Assembly: GCA_004431415.1 (NCBI GenBank)
Contig: QPMI01000266.1
Location: 15,457 to 79,456, forward strand
DNA: 64,000 nucleotides
Reading direction: 5' to 3'
Source: Cyanophora paradoxa CCMP329
Lineage: Eukaryota; Plantae; Glaucophyta
Positions 33,395 through 44,766 of the stretch are shown here, one piece after another; position 1 is the first letter of the stretch; every line of letters starts with the position of its first letter. The notes beneath the pieces were generated by a model. It was not told where the DNA came from, made no database searches, and saw only the letters and a program-made list of their open reading frames with translations. Made by a program: the position numbers and the translations under genes.

Positions 33395-35054
33395 TAATAA
33401 AGAGTATTAGAGTGGATAACTTGGTTTGCATAATGTAAAAGGGCGTAATATCACGAAAGTTATAAAATATAATACCCTAAGAGAAAACTTAATTAACTAT
33501 AATCCGCAACGAACTGAAACATCTAATTAATTGCAGGAAAAAAAATCAACCGAGACCTTGTTAGTAGTGGCGAGCGAACACAAGAAAGATATAAAACTAA
33601 GATAAAATTTTTAAACAAATTGAAAACTTTGGCACTACAGGGTTAAAGCCCCGTAAAAAATTTTTTTAGTTTTTTAAGTAAAACAAAACACGTGGAATTT
33701 TGTTTGAATATAGGGGGACCACCCTCTAAATCTAAGTATTATTGTAAAACCTATAGTGTATAAGTACCGTGAGGGAAAGAATAAATAATTGAAACCTAAT
33801 ACTTATAAGCAGTTGAAGTAAATAAAGAAATAATTTATAACAACGTACCTTTTGCATAATGGGTCAGCAAGTAAATAAAAATAGCAAGCTTAAATTTGGA
33901 GGCAAAATGAAAATGAAATGTAATTATTTAAGTTATTTTTATTTGACCCGAAACCAAGTGATCTATTTATGAACAAGCTGAAATTATAATAATATATAAT
34001 GGAGGGCTGAACTCACATCTGTGGCAAAAGATGGAGATGATTTGTGAATAGGGGTGAAAGGCTAATCAAACTTGGACATAGCTGGTTTTCTGCGAAATCT
34101 ATTTAGGTAGAGCGTTTTATAACTTTTTTACGGGGTAAAGCACTAACTAAGCTAGGGGGGCCCAAAGCCTTACCAACCTTAATTAAACTCATAATACGTA
34201 AAAAAATATAAAGCAGACAGATTGTGGGTGCTAAGGTCCATAATCAAAAGGGAAACAGCCCAGATTGTAAATTAAGGTCCCAAAATAAAAACTAAGTGAA
34301 AAAAGGATGTTCTTTAATTGTAACAACCAAAAGGTGGGCCTAGAATCAGCCATCCTTTAATGAAAGCGTAAAAGCTCATTGGTCTTTTTTACTGATTAGT
34401 AAAAGTTATTGAGCACCGAAAATGTAACGGGGCTAAAGTTTTTTACCGATATTACAAATTAAATTAAAAACAAAATAATGGTAGCAGAACGTTGTATATA
34501 TTGTATTAATATTATTGAAAAATAATATAAAAATATTACAAGTGAGAATGCTGACATAAGTAGTTAAAATAAGGTATAAAAACCTTATCACCGAAAGCTT
34601 AAGGGTTTCTACGAAAGGATTAACCGCGTATGAGTTATACAGTCCCTAAAAAAACTACATATGTACTATTTGATGGGTAAAATAAATTATAATAATTTTA
34701 ACGATATAAGTGACAAAATCGAATATTTTTTTTATTTTTAATAAAAAGAAATATTAAATTTTCAGGAAATAACTATATCATTTAGGATAATACTGTACCC
34801 TAAACCGACACAGGTAAGCTAGTAGAGTATACTAAGGTGATTGAGAGAACTATGTTGAAGGAACTCGGCAAATTGACTCTGTAACTTCGGGAGAAAGAGT
34901 ACCTGTTAATATAGCGGGTAGCATAAAATAGGGGGTAGCGACTGTTTAATAAAAACACAGGACTCTGCAAAATTGAAAAATTAGGTATAGGGTCTGACAC
35001 CTGCCCGGTGCCAGCAAGTTAAATGGAGGGGTGAATGCTCCAAAAATAAGCTCT

Positions 35055-35104
<50 letters not shown>

Positions 35105-35119
35105 GCGGGTAAGTTCCGT

Positions 35120-35155
<36 letters not shown>

Positions 35156-35645
35156 CAACATAAACTCAACGAAATTGGAATCTCCGTGAAGATACGGAGT
35201 ATCAGCAGCTAGACGGAAAGACCCCATACACCTTTACTACACTCATTTATTGATTAAAAATTTTTTATGTGTAGAGTAGGTAGGAGCTTATAATACCTTA
35301 ACGTAAGTTAATTGTTGAAGCAGAAATGAAACACTACCCTAAAAATATTTTTAATCTAATATAATTTTTTATAGACAATATATGATTGGTAGTTTCACTG
35401 GGGCGGTGGCCTCCTAAACAGTAACGGAGGCGCGCAAAGGTAAACTCAAATAAGTTGGAAATTTATTTTAGAGCGTAATGGTATATGTTTGCCTGACGGT
35501 GAGGCGTACATGCCGAACCGAGATAATTAATTTTATCGGCCATAGTGATCCGGTGATACTTTGTGGAAAGATCATCGCTCAACGGATAAAAGGTACGTTG
35601 GGGATAACAGGCTAATGACCCTCAAGAGCTCTTATCGACGGGGTT

Positions 35646-35677
<32 letters not shown>

Positions 35678-36030
35678 AGGAGCTGAAAAAGGTTCCAATG
35701 GTTGCCCTGTTCGGGCATTAAAGTGGTACGTGAGCTGGGTTTAGAACGTCGTGAGACAGTTTGGTCCCTATCTACTGTTGATATTTGGAGAAAACAAAGA
35801 ATCTGTTTCTAGTACGAGAGGACCGAAATGGGTTGACCAATTGTGTATTGGTTGTATAAACGTTAATATGCATCGCCAAGTAGCTACGTCAGGAAAAAAT
35901 AATTGCTGAAAGCATCTAAGCAAGAAATTTCCCTTTTGATTCTCTTAGTTAAGTTAAAGACTATAACTTTGATAGGCTTTTTATGTAATATAAAGTAATT
36001 TATATATTTATAGTATAAAAGTACTAATAA
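33395..36030 (+). rRNA. rnl: Large subunit rRNA (ends approximate)
   Basis: GAACTGAAACATCTAA, GGTCCTAAGGTAGCGAAATTCCTTG, GGCACCTCGATGTCGGCTC, sarcin-ricin loop AGTACGAGAGGAC. Confidence 0.98.
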
Positions 36031-36063
36031 AACGTACAATTTAAAGATAAAAATATTTAATAA

Positions 36064-36195
36064 TATGAGAACGATTATTTTTAAAAATAATCATGTTGAA
36101 ACACCCGATCCCATCCTGAATTCGATGTGTGAAAATTTTTCAAATCTCATAATACTCTAAAACTATTTAGGGGAACATGAGAACAATTTAATAAA
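36064..36195 (+). rRNA. rrn5: 5S rRNA (ends uncertain)
   Basis: GAAACACCCGATCCCATCCTGAATTCG..GTGAAA loop C signature directly after rnl; TCTCAT/ATGAGA helix. Confidence 0.8.
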
Positions 36196-36216
36196 ACCAG
36201 TTAACTCAAATAATTC

Positions 36217-36300
36217 ACTCGCTTGGTGTAATTTGGTAAACACGGTAGACTTAAAATCTACTCCTGACACAGGGTATTGGTTCAAGTCCGATAGCGGGTA
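36217..36300 (+). tRNA. trnL: tRNA-Leu(UAA)
   Basis: GTAGA-CTTAAAA-TCTAC. Confidence 0.92.
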
Positions 36301-36307
36301 GTTTGAT

Positions 36308-37647
36308 ATGCAAAATTATAAAATACAAAAAAAATTTAAACGTAATAATATTTGGGTGAATAACTCGCAATTTTTTAAATTTAAAGAGCGATTGAAATGG
36401 AGACTAAAAAAAAAAAAAAAATTATTACATAAAAGTAGAAACATATGGTTTAATATGAAATTGTATATAAAAAAAATTTTCAAAAATTTTTATCCTAATT
36501 TAACTGAAATACAATTAAAAAAATATATAGGCGAAAATATTTATCAATATTTAACTAAAGATAAGATTAAACATTCACAAAATACACAGATCATTAAAAT
36601 CTATCACATATTAGAGAGTCGTCTTGATACAATGTTAATAAGAACAAATCTAGTAAAAACACCTAAAGCTGCTCGACAATTAATAATGCATAAAAATGTG
36701 TTTGTTGATAATAGACTTATAACTAATCCTGGCTATTTATTATCAAATGGCCAAATAATTCATATAAAAAAAATAAATATTGTATATTTAAAAATAAAAA
36801 TAAATAATAAAAATAATGAATTTGTATATAAAAAATTTAAAACAATTTTAAAGAAACGCATTCTATTTAAAAATTATTATAAAAATTTTTTATTAAATAC
36901 AACTATATATAATGCATGTCTACCTAGTTATTTAAAATATATAGTTATTCAAAACAAAAATTATAATTACCATACTTTCTTATTTAATACCCCTCGTTTA
37001 ATTGAAATACCTTACCCTAATAAAATGTGGATCCATTCAATTTGTAAAAGAAGAACAAATCGTGTTAAATTATATATTAGTCGATTTAAAAGACAAAAAT
37101 TTAAAAAAAATAAATTATATAAATTAAAAATAAAGAAAAGAAAAAAAATTATTATCATAGGTACTAGATTAAACACAATATATTCAAATATTAGATTACC
37201 CAAGAATTTATTAAAAATAAAAAAAAATAAAAAAAAAAAAAAGTTTACAATAGAAAAAAAAAAATAAATATAATTGGAATTATTATAAAAAAAAATATAA
37301 TAAAAGAAAAAAACAATTAAATTTAATAAAAAAAAAAAAAATCAAAAAGAAAAAATATAATAAATTTATAAAGTTTGTTAAATCTTTTAAATTAAAAAGA
37401 AGAAAATTAACAAATATTAAATTATTATTAAAAAAAAAATTAAAAATAAATAAAAAAAAAAAAAAAACAAAAAAAAACATTATTAAAAAAAAAAAAAATT
37501 ATAAAAAATAAAAAAATTAGGTTTAAACAAAAACTAAAAAAAAAACAAAGAAAAGAAAAAATTAAAATTTTCAGTAATAACTTTTTTAATATTTTACCTT
37601 GGTTTTATAAAAGATTAAAAAAAAGTCGTTTATATATGAAAAAATAA
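36308..37647 (+). CDS. rps4: Ribosomal protein S4 with long Lys-rich C-terminal insert (frame broken in poly-A runs after 37267)
   Basis: LESRLDTMLIR, ARQLIMHKNVFVD S4 domain; K-rich coding continues to ...FNILPWFYKRLKKSRLYMKK*. Confidence 0.85.
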
Positions 37648-37659
37648 AATAATATTTCT

Positions 37660-37740
37660 GGAGGAATGGCTGAGTGGTTAAAGGCGGCGGACTGTAAATC
37701 CGTTGAGAAATCTACATAGGTTCGAATCCTGTTTCCTCCA
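37660..37740 (+). tRNA. trnY: tRNA-Tyr(GUA)
   Basis: GCGGA-CTGTAAA-TCCGT. Confidence 0.93.
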
Positions 37741-37803
37741 AATATATTTAACAGCGTATATAAGTTAATTCGCAAACAATAATCATCTAAGACTTGTAAG
37801 AAA

Positions 37804-37875
37804 TGGAGGTAATTAGAATCGAACTAATTTTTTATGCGTGCAAAGCATATGTTTTACCAAGTAAACTATACCCCC
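37804..37875 (-). tRNA. trnA: tRNA-Ala(UGC)
   Basis: TATGC-TTTGCAC-GCATA, G3:U70. Confidence 0.93.
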
Positions 37876-37893
37876 AATCTGTACAATAGTTTA

Positions 37894-38667
37894 TTATACA
37901 GTACATTTAGCTTTTATCCAATTTATATAGTTCTTTGGATTTACGGCTTCTATCACAATAGGCATAAAACCGTGATTAACGCCGCATATTTCCGAGCATT
38001 GTCCATAATATACGCCTTCACGTTTTATGAACATACCTATTTGATTTAAGCGCCCAGGAATAGCATCACATTTTACACCTAATGATGGTATTGCCCAACT
38101 ATGTATAACATCAGCAGCTGTTACAATAGCACGAATATGCGATTCAACTGGTAATAAAACACGATTGTCTACTTCAAGTAGTCTTAGTTGCCCAAGCTCT
38201 AAATCTTCTTCAGGTACCATATAACTATCATAGTTTAATGATTTTAACATAAATAGTTTATTATTTGAAATATAACCAGAGTCAATATAATCACAGTATT
38301 CATAACTCCAGTACCATTGGTGTCCAATAACTTTTAACGTAAGGGATGGATCTACCATTTCGTCCATTGAATATAATAATGCAAAAGACGGGATAGCAAC
38401 CATCATTAAAATTAGACTAGGTGTTACTGTCCAAGCAATTTCTATAGCTGTTCCATGTACAATATTTGATGCAATAGGATTATTTGATTTAATATATAAC
38501 ATTAAAGTTCTAGTTAACATCCAAATTACAAAAATAGCGATAACAATTAAAAAAAACATTAAATCATTATGTAGATTAACAATACCCTCCATAATAGGAG
38601 TCGCTGAGTCTTGAAAATACAATTGCCATGTGTTTGGATGGTCTGCAAATATTTTGGTTAATAACAT
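37894..38667 (-). CDS. cox2: Cytochrome c oxidase subunit 2
   Basis: [31 protein letters not shown]. Confidence 0.99.
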   Translation of the reverse strand: MLLTKIFADHPNTWQLYFQDSATPIMEGIVNLHNDLMFFLIVIAIFVIWMLTRTLMLYIKSNNPIASNIVHGTAIEIAWTVTPSLILMMVAIPSFALLYSMDEMVDPSLTLKVIGHQWYWSYEYCDYIDSGYISNNKLFMLKSLNYDSYMVPEEDLELGQLRLLEVDNRVLLPVESHIRAIVTAADVIHSWAIPSLGVKCDAIPGRLNQIGMFIKREGVYYGQCSEICGVNHGFMPIVIEAVNPKNYINWIKAKCTV

Positions 38668-38741
38668 TATGAAATTAGGTAGATGATTTTTTTATTAGAA
38701 AGAGGCCGCAAAAACGCGTTTGTTGAGGGGGTACACGGGGC

Positions 38742-39347
38742 TACTGATCGTCATTGTCGTCAAATCGATCTAGGGCGTTTGCAATAATTGTAAGATACTC
38801 GTCCCAAGACAATTTACCCAAAAACATAGAGTCAATTTCAAATGGTTCATTTGGGTATCAACGAGTAAGAACTTGTTTGATGGCTTTTTTTGAAATATCT
38901 AAAATATCCAACTCTACATAACCATTTACTTGTACTGCAAATATTAATAAAAAAAAAGTCCTCCATTTTGTTATAATTATCTTTAGTCAAAATGAACCAT
39001 TGAAAAAATCCTATAGCAGTCTTTAGTAGGATAAGATTACTAAAATCCATTTCTAGCCAGTAATTCACATTATTTAAGTCTAAATACCAAAAAAAATGTT
39101 CCCCCAAAATTCCAGCAAATTCCCTTCTAATTTCACGCCTAATTTCATTTACTTCTTTATCGGATAAACAATTTATCCTTTTCAACCAAATTTCTAAATC
39201 CAAATGAACAAATGAGAGGTAAAAACGCTGTTTTTCCTTAGGCAATGGAGTTAGTATTTCTTTTACACGCGGGTATGTAAGAGCTATCGCTAAATAAAAT
39301 AATACTTTTAGTGTAAATTTTGCAGTTTTCTTTATAAGCCAAATCAT
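38742..39347 (-). pseudogene. Disrupted paralog of orf229 (orf166 plus frameshifted tail)
   Basis: After a poly-T frameshift the other frame reads AVQVNGYVELD...VLTR*YPNEPFE...SWDEYLTIIANALDRFDDNDDQ, matching the orf229 C-terminus. Confidence 0.75.
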
Positions 39348-39351
39348 TATT

Positions 39352-39460
39352 TGAGTTCTAGTTAATATTTAAATTGCTAAAATAGCTATAGCGATAAGAA
39401 TTAAAAAAAAACATTAGATCGTTCCATCCATAATTATAATAGTCAAGTCTTGAAAATACA
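39352..39460 (-). pseudogene. cox2: Degenerate cox2 5' fragment upstream of orf166
   Basis: Minus strand tgtattttcaagac...aacgatctaatgttttttttaattcttatcgcta (YFQD..NDLMFF.I.IA). Confidence 0.6.
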
Positions 39461-39523
39461 ATTATAATTTTTTTTAATGTAAATTATAACATTGCTACAT
39501 AAATTAAAATAAATATTTTACAG

Positions 39524-39554
39524 TGTTGGATATAAATATTTATTATATCCAACA
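39524..39554. terminator. 12-bp stem-loop downstream of nad7
   Basis: TGTTGGATATAA-7 nt-TTATATCCAACA. Confidence 0.5.
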
Positions 39555-39580
39555 TGTGAAAATACCTTAATATCTATAAA

Positions 39581-40780
39581 TTATCTATCAATTTCGCCAA
39601 ACACAATATCTTGAGTCCCTATAATTGTAACAACATCCGCCAACATATGGTTTTTTGACATCATATCTAAACCTTGTAAATGAGCAAATCCTGGAGCCTT
39701 TATTTTACAACGATAAGGTTTATTAGTACCATTAGAAACCAAATAAACACCAAACTCACCTTTAGGGGCTTCAACAAAAGAATATGTTTCACCTTTTGGT
39801 ACAGTATACCCTTCTGTATATAATTTAAAATGATGTATTAATGATTCCATTGATTGTTTCATTTCTGTTCGTGATGGTGGACTAATTTTATTATCATCCA
39901 CTTTTATTGGCCCAGAACTTAATTTATTTAGTGATTGTTGAATTATATAACAGCTTTGCCTCATTTCTTCAATACGTATTAAATATCGATCATAACAATC
40001 GCCACGTATTCCAACTGGTACTTCAAAATCTAAATTATCATAAGTTTCATAAGCTTCATTTTTTCTTAAATCCCAAGCAACGCCAGATCCTCTTAACATT
40101 ACACCACTAAATCCCCAATCTATTGCCTCTTTTGCAGTAACAACACCAATATCAACTAATCGTTGTTTCCATATACGATTATTTGTCAATAATTCCTCAA
40201 GTTCATTTATTTTATTTTCAAATTGAATTACAAATTCATAAATATCATTTGTTAATCCATTTGGTAAATCTTGTGAAACTCCACCTGGGCGAATATAAGC
40301 TGCATGCATGCGAGCGCCTGATACACGTTCATAAAATTCCATTAATTTTTCACGCTCTTCAAAACCCCATAATAAGGGTGTTAATGCTCCAACATCCATA
40401 GCATGGCAAGTAACAGCTAATAAATGATTTAAAATACGTGTTATTTCTGAAAAAATAACTCTAATCCATTTTGCTCTTAATGGTACACTACATTTTAATA
40501 ATTTTTCAACTGCTAATGAATAAGCGTGCTCTTGAGCCATCATACTAACGTAATCAAGGCGATCAAAATAAGGTAATGCTTGATTATAATTTTTATATTC
40601 TATTAATTTTTCTGTTCCACGATGTAATAGTCCAATATGAGGATCGGCTTTTTTTACAATTTCTCCATTTAACTCTAAAACTAGACGTAAAACCCCATGG
40701 GCTGCAGGATGTTGTGGACCAAAATTTAATGTAAAATTCTTTAAACTATTGTTATTATTTATTAATTTATTATTTATCAT
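39581..40780 (-). CDS. nad7: NADH dehydrogenase subunit 7
   Basis: [24 protein letters not shown]. Confidence 0.99.
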   Translation of the reverse strand: MINNKLINNNNSLKNFTLNFGPQHPAAHGVLRLVLELNGEIVKKADPHIGLLHRGTEKLIEYKNYNQALPYFDRLDYVSMMAQEHAYSLAVEKLLKCSVPLRAKWIRVIFSEITRILNHLLAVTCHAMDVGALTPLLWGFEEREKLMEFYERVSGARMHAAYIRPGGVSQDLPNGLTNDIYEFVIQFENKINELEELLTNNRIWKQRLVDIGVVTAKEAIDWGFSGVMLRGSGVAWDLRKNEAYETYDNLDFEVPVGIRGDCYDRYLIRIEEMRQSCYIIQQSLNKLSSGPIKVDDNKISPPSRTEMKQSMESLIHHFKLYTEGYTVPKGETYSFVEAPKGEFGVYLVSNGTNKPYRCKIKAPGFAHLQGLDMMSKNHMLADVVTIIGTQDIVFGEIDR

Positions 40781-40813
40781 TTAATACAAAATAATATATT
40801 TAATTCGTTATGT

Positions 40814-40898
40814 AGGAGAGAATGGGATTCGAACCCATAGAATTTTAACATTCTTTCGCTTAGCAAGCGAACGCTTTAAACCTCTCAGCCATCTCTCC
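40814..40898 (-). tRNA. trnS: tRNA-Ser(GCU)
   Basis: TTCGC-TTGCTAA-GCGAA. Confidence 0.92.
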
Positions 40899-40914
40899 TA
40901 CTAGGGATTAATAT

Positions 40915-41223
40915 TTATCCATGCAATAAATTTATTTTGTTAATACTAATAGTTCCTTTTATTCTATAGTATACAACCAGTAATGCCAATCCAATAGCTG
41001 ATTCTGCTGCAGCTACTGTTAAAATTAATAATGCGTTAATTTGTCCTATAATATCATCTAGAAATACTGAAAATATAACAAATTGTAGGTTAATTGCTAA
41101 AAGCATTAATTCAATACTAATCAATAATATTATAATATTTCTTCGGTTTAATAATAATCCACCAATGCTTATAGCAAATATATACAGTGAAACAAATAAA
41201 AAATGTGATTGTTCTATTATCAT
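40915..41223 (-). CDS. nad4L: NADH dehydrogenase subunit 4L
   Basis: [20 protein letters not shown]. Confidence 0.97.
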   Translation of the reverse strand: MIIEQSHFLFVSLYIFAISIGGLLLNRRNIIILLISIELMLLAINLQFVIFSVFLDDIIGQINALLILTVAAAESAIGLALLVVYYRIKGTISINKINLLHG

Positions 41224-41226
41224 AAT

Positions 41227-42186
41227 TTAAAAAAAAATATTGTAGTATACTAAATATATATAATAAAGGAGGATCAAGAAAATAATAAAATCTCGAACAA
41301 TAATTCTTATTTTGGATGTAATATTTCTAAATACAAAAATTATTCTATAAGCCTTTAGTTTTTTTTGAACATAATTATTTGGAATATTTTCGTCAAAATA
41401 TTGAAGATAGAATATAGTGGCCAATATGCATTCAAAAGAACAAGGTATAAGTAATATCGAAATATATTGACCAGAGAATAAAAACACATGAGAATAAAAA
41501 ATAAATGTATAAGTAAAAAAATAAAAAATAATCCCATAAAATAATTTAATTTCATTTAATTTAAATTCCGATATTAAAACTTTTGTAATATTATCGTTTA
41601 ATAATAATGATTTAATTAAGAATTGTTCTATTTTTGTGATAGTATTAGAAAAAATATAGTTATTAAACTTTTTTTTTATTTTAATATTTCGAAAATACTT
41701 TATAATTATATAAGAGAAAAAAAAATTTATATTTTCACTTAAAGAGATAACAAAAGTTTTAAAATTATATCCGTGACTTTCCGCTATAAAACAAATGCGA
41801 CACAATATTAGTGGTAAAGTGTCAGTAATAAATGAAATTACAACATTTACAGAAACAAGTTTTATATAATACACAAAAAGTATAGGATGCGTTAAAAAAA
41901 GCAATAAAAATTCCATATTGTCCAATACAAAAATTGATTTCCAAATTCTAATATTAAACTTTAATTGCGTATCTAAAAACTCTTCATAAATTAATCTAAA
42001 TTTTTCAATAAAAAATGAATTAAGAATACTTTGCAATGGAGTAATAAATAAATAAACAAAGAAAAACTATGAAATCATACCAATAATTAATGTATTTTTA
42101 CTGAATTTTAGTAATTTTTTTTTATAGCCTTGATTAAAATCTAATAAGAATAATACTATTAATAATAAAATTAAAATATGTAACAT
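41227..42186 (-). pseudogene. Paralog of orf344; 319 codons with one in-frame TAG at 42067-42069 (ORF track shows only the 269-aa part)
   Basis: ATG at 42186 in frame; LKFSKNTLIIGMIS*FFFVYLFITPL aligns with orf344 FKLQKNIIISGFILRFICINIIYNPL. Confidence 0.65.
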
Positions 42187-42488
42187 TATTTTTTAGAAAC
42201 TATCCCGATGACTAGTCGTCTTCTTTGAAATTTTCTGACTTATGTTCAGCATTTGTACCATACTTTTGTTGACTTTGTTCATCATGTTGGCCTGTACAAA
42301 TTTGTTAAACTTTCTTTAATTAAAGTGGCTGCAGATCCCAATGATTTTGCCGAAACACCATCAGGATAATTACGAGAAATTAATAAATTATAATATGTTA
42401 TTTTCTTAGTTTTAGATTGAATATTTAAATTTAAAGTGCTCGGAAATGAATTACAAGAATTACTAAAAGTACGTATATACGGCATGTT

Positions 42489-43700
42489 TTATTTTTTGTT
42501 TGAGTTATTGTTATTAAATATATAATTTTCCATAATACCAGAAATAGGCAAATAAACTAAAAAAAATCCAAAATAAACTAATGTTGCTAATTGTCCAATT
42601 TGAATATATGGATATTCAACGACATTTCCACCAATCCAACCTAAAATCATACAATTTATAAAAAGAATCCAAAATGATTTTTTATAAGAAGATCGGAAAA
42701 TAGAACTACGCACTTTTCCAAAATATAAATATGGTAACATAAATAATACAATAATTGCTGAAAACATTGCGATTACACCGCCTAATTTATCTGGAATTGA
42801 TCTTAATATAGCATAAAAAGGTAAAAAATACCATTCTGGTACAATATGCGCAGGCGTTACCATAGGATTAGCCTCAATATAATTATCAGGATGTCCTAAT
42901 AAATTAGGCGCGTAATAAACAAATCCAGAAAATATAATACCAAAAATAATCCACCCAACTAAATCTTTTAAATAAAAATATGGATAAAAACTTATTTTAT
43001 CAATACCAATCATAATACCCAATGGGTTATTTGAACCGTGTTGATGAAGTGCAATCATATGTAAAAAGGCCAGTGCAGCAATTATAAACGGTAATAAATA
43101 ATGTAAACTAAAAAAACGATTTAATGTAGCATTGTCCACAGAAAAACCGCCCCAAAGCCAGTAAACAATACTGTCACCAACTAATGGTATTGCGGAAAAT
43201 AAATTTGTAATAACTGTTGCCCCCCAAAAACTCATTTGTCCCCAAGGTAATACATAACCCATAAAAGCGGTTGCCATCATTAATAAAAAAATAGCTACAC
43301 CAACAATCCAAAGTTGTTGACGAGGTGCTATAAATGATCCGTAATATAGACCACGAAACATATGTATATAAATAACAATAAAAAACATAGAAGCCCCATT
43401 CGCATGTACATAACGTAAAAGCCAACCCCCAACAACATCACGCATAATATGCTCTACACTAATAAATGCAAGATCCACCTGAGGTGTATAATGCATTGCT
43501 AACAAGATTCCAGTAATTATTTGAATCCCTAAACAAATAGCTGCAATTGAACCAAAACCCCAAAAATATGTTAAATTTGAGGGTGTTGGGTAATCAATTA
43601 AGTGCTGTTTAAATATAGAAAAAATTGGATAATTAATTAATCTTAATCCTGAGTTATTAAAAAAATTTGTATACAATAGATTATAATTATTTATTTTCAT
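42489..43700 (-). CDS. cob: Apocytochrome b
   Basis: [36 protein letters not shown]. Confidence 0.99.
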   Translation of the reverse strand: MKINNYNLLYTNFFNNSGLRLINYPIFSIFKQHLIDYPTPSNLTYFWGFGSIAAICLGIQIITGILLAMHYTPQVDLAFISVEHIMRDVVGGWLLRYVHANGASMFFIVIYIHMFRGLYYGSFIAPRQQLWIVGVAIFLLMMATAFMGYVLPWGQMSFWGATVITNLFSAIPLVGDSIVYWLWGGFSVDNATLNRFFSLHYLLPFIIAALAFLHMIALHQHGSNNPLGIMIGIDKISFYPYFYLKDLVGWIIFGIIFSGFVYYAPNLLGHPDNYIEANPMVTPAHIVPEWYFLPFYAILRSIPDKLGGVIAMFSAIIVLFMLPYLYFGKVRSSIFRSSYKKSFWILFINCMILGWIGGNVVEYPYIQIGQLATLVYFGFFLVYLPISGIMENYIFNNNNSNKK

Positions 43701-43734
43701 AGTTAATACTTTAAATATTAATTAGATACTGATA

Positions 43735-43805
43735 CTTCCTAGATAAGATTTGAACTTATAACATTGCGGTTAACAGCCGCACGCTCTACCATTAAGCTAC
43801 TAGGA
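43735..43805 (-). tRNA. trnN: tRNA-Asn(GUU), copy b
   Basis: Differs from copy a at two positions. Confidence 0.92.
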
Positions 43806-43831
43806 AATCATCATAAAACGAAATGTTTATA

Positions 43832-44107
43832 TTAAACTATTATAAATATATATCCTGTATATATACTTAATATTGAAAAGATAAAAATACATTTTAATGC
43901 AAAATCAAACATAAGTCGAAGAATAATATTTTGATAATAATCTTCAAGTGTTGAATAAATCCCCAGTTCAATATGAACAAATAGCATAAAAAAAATAACA
44001 ATTAATATATTCATATTTGACATTAATGGACTTAATATAAACAATGATGTTATTTTTTGAGTATACCATTCTTGTTTGCCTAATTTTATTCTGTTTAATA
44101 AATTCAT
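43832..44107 (-). CDS. sdh4: Succinate dehydrogenase subunit 4
   Basis: EWYTQKITS, HIELG...EDY. Confidence 0.88.
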   Translation of the reverse strand: MNLLNRIKLGKQEWYTQKITSLFILSPLMSNMNILIVIFFMLFVHIELGIYSTLEDYYQNIILRLMFDFALKCIFIFSILSIYTGYIFIIV

Positions 44108-44151
44108 TATATTTTAATTGGTTCTTTATCTATATTTTAATATAATTATAC

Positions 44152-44325
44152 TTATTTATTAAGCTTTTTTTTTGATTTTTTTTTCCAGATTGAATTATTA
44201 AATAAATCATTAATTGTTACGAATATATAAGAGTATTGTATATTTGTAAAAGGTAAAAAAACAGAGCTATTATTTGAAGTAATGACTCGAAGGTACTTTA
44301 ATGCAATATGATATTTTTTTTTCAT
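44152..44325 (-). CDS. rpl31: Putative ribosomal protein L31 (57 aa, not in ORF track)
   Basis: MKKKYH..LRVITSNNSSVF...NDLFNNSIWKKK matches the bL31 pattern MKKxxH..V..SxGS.F..D..NxxxW. Confidence 0.6.
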   Translation of the reverse strand: MKKKYHIALKYLRVITSNNSSVFLPFTNIQYSYIFVTINDLFNNSIWKKKSKKKLNK

Positions 44326-44758
44326 TTTTTTTAATATTATTTAATACATATGAATTTTGAAAAAAATAATTACTTGTTTTATTACTTATAGTCTTATAGT
44401 CAAACATAGTTTCTAAATTATTAAAAAATTCAAAAAACAAAATACTATCAACTAATTTATCACGTTTTTTTAATAATTTTTTTTGTGTATATGAGTTTAT
44501 TATTGGGTATATATTATGTATTCTTAATATTTTGAATCGTTTTTTTATTTTCAATATTTTAATCTTTTTTCTTAAACCCAAATATAGAATTGAGTTATTT
44601 TTATATTTTATTATTTTAAAGTTTTCTATCGTAAAACCTGTTATTTTTTTATAATTTAAAAGTCTATTATTTTGATTTTTATTAGTGTTAAAAAATAAAA
44701 AATATTTATTTTTTAAAAAAAAGAAAGAATTTAAATTTTTAAAAAATGAAAACAACAT
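44270..44758 (-). CDS. Basic orf162, possible divergent ribosomal protein L19
   Basis: KKITGFTI...NNSILYLGLRKKIK..KIKKRF resembles the bL19 core. Confidence 0.4.
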   Translation of the reverse strand: MLFSFFKNLNSFFFLKNKYFLFFNTNKNQNNRLLNYKKITGFTIENFKIIKYKNNSILYLGLRKKIKILKIKKRFKILRIHNIYPIINSYTQKKLLKKRDKLVDSILFFEFFNNLETMFDYKTISNKTSNYFFQNSYVLNNIKKNEKKISYCIKVPSSHYFK

Positions 44759-44766
44759 ATATTATT

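Noticed and set aside
37283-37480. Phe-rich minus-strand ORF
   Set aside because: Antisense shadow of the poly-A Lys-coding rps4 tail
38858-38860. TGA read as Trp (alternative genetic code)
   Set aside because: Conserved Trp sites in core genes use TGG, the tRNA-Trp anticodon is CCA, and this TGA aligns with Arg
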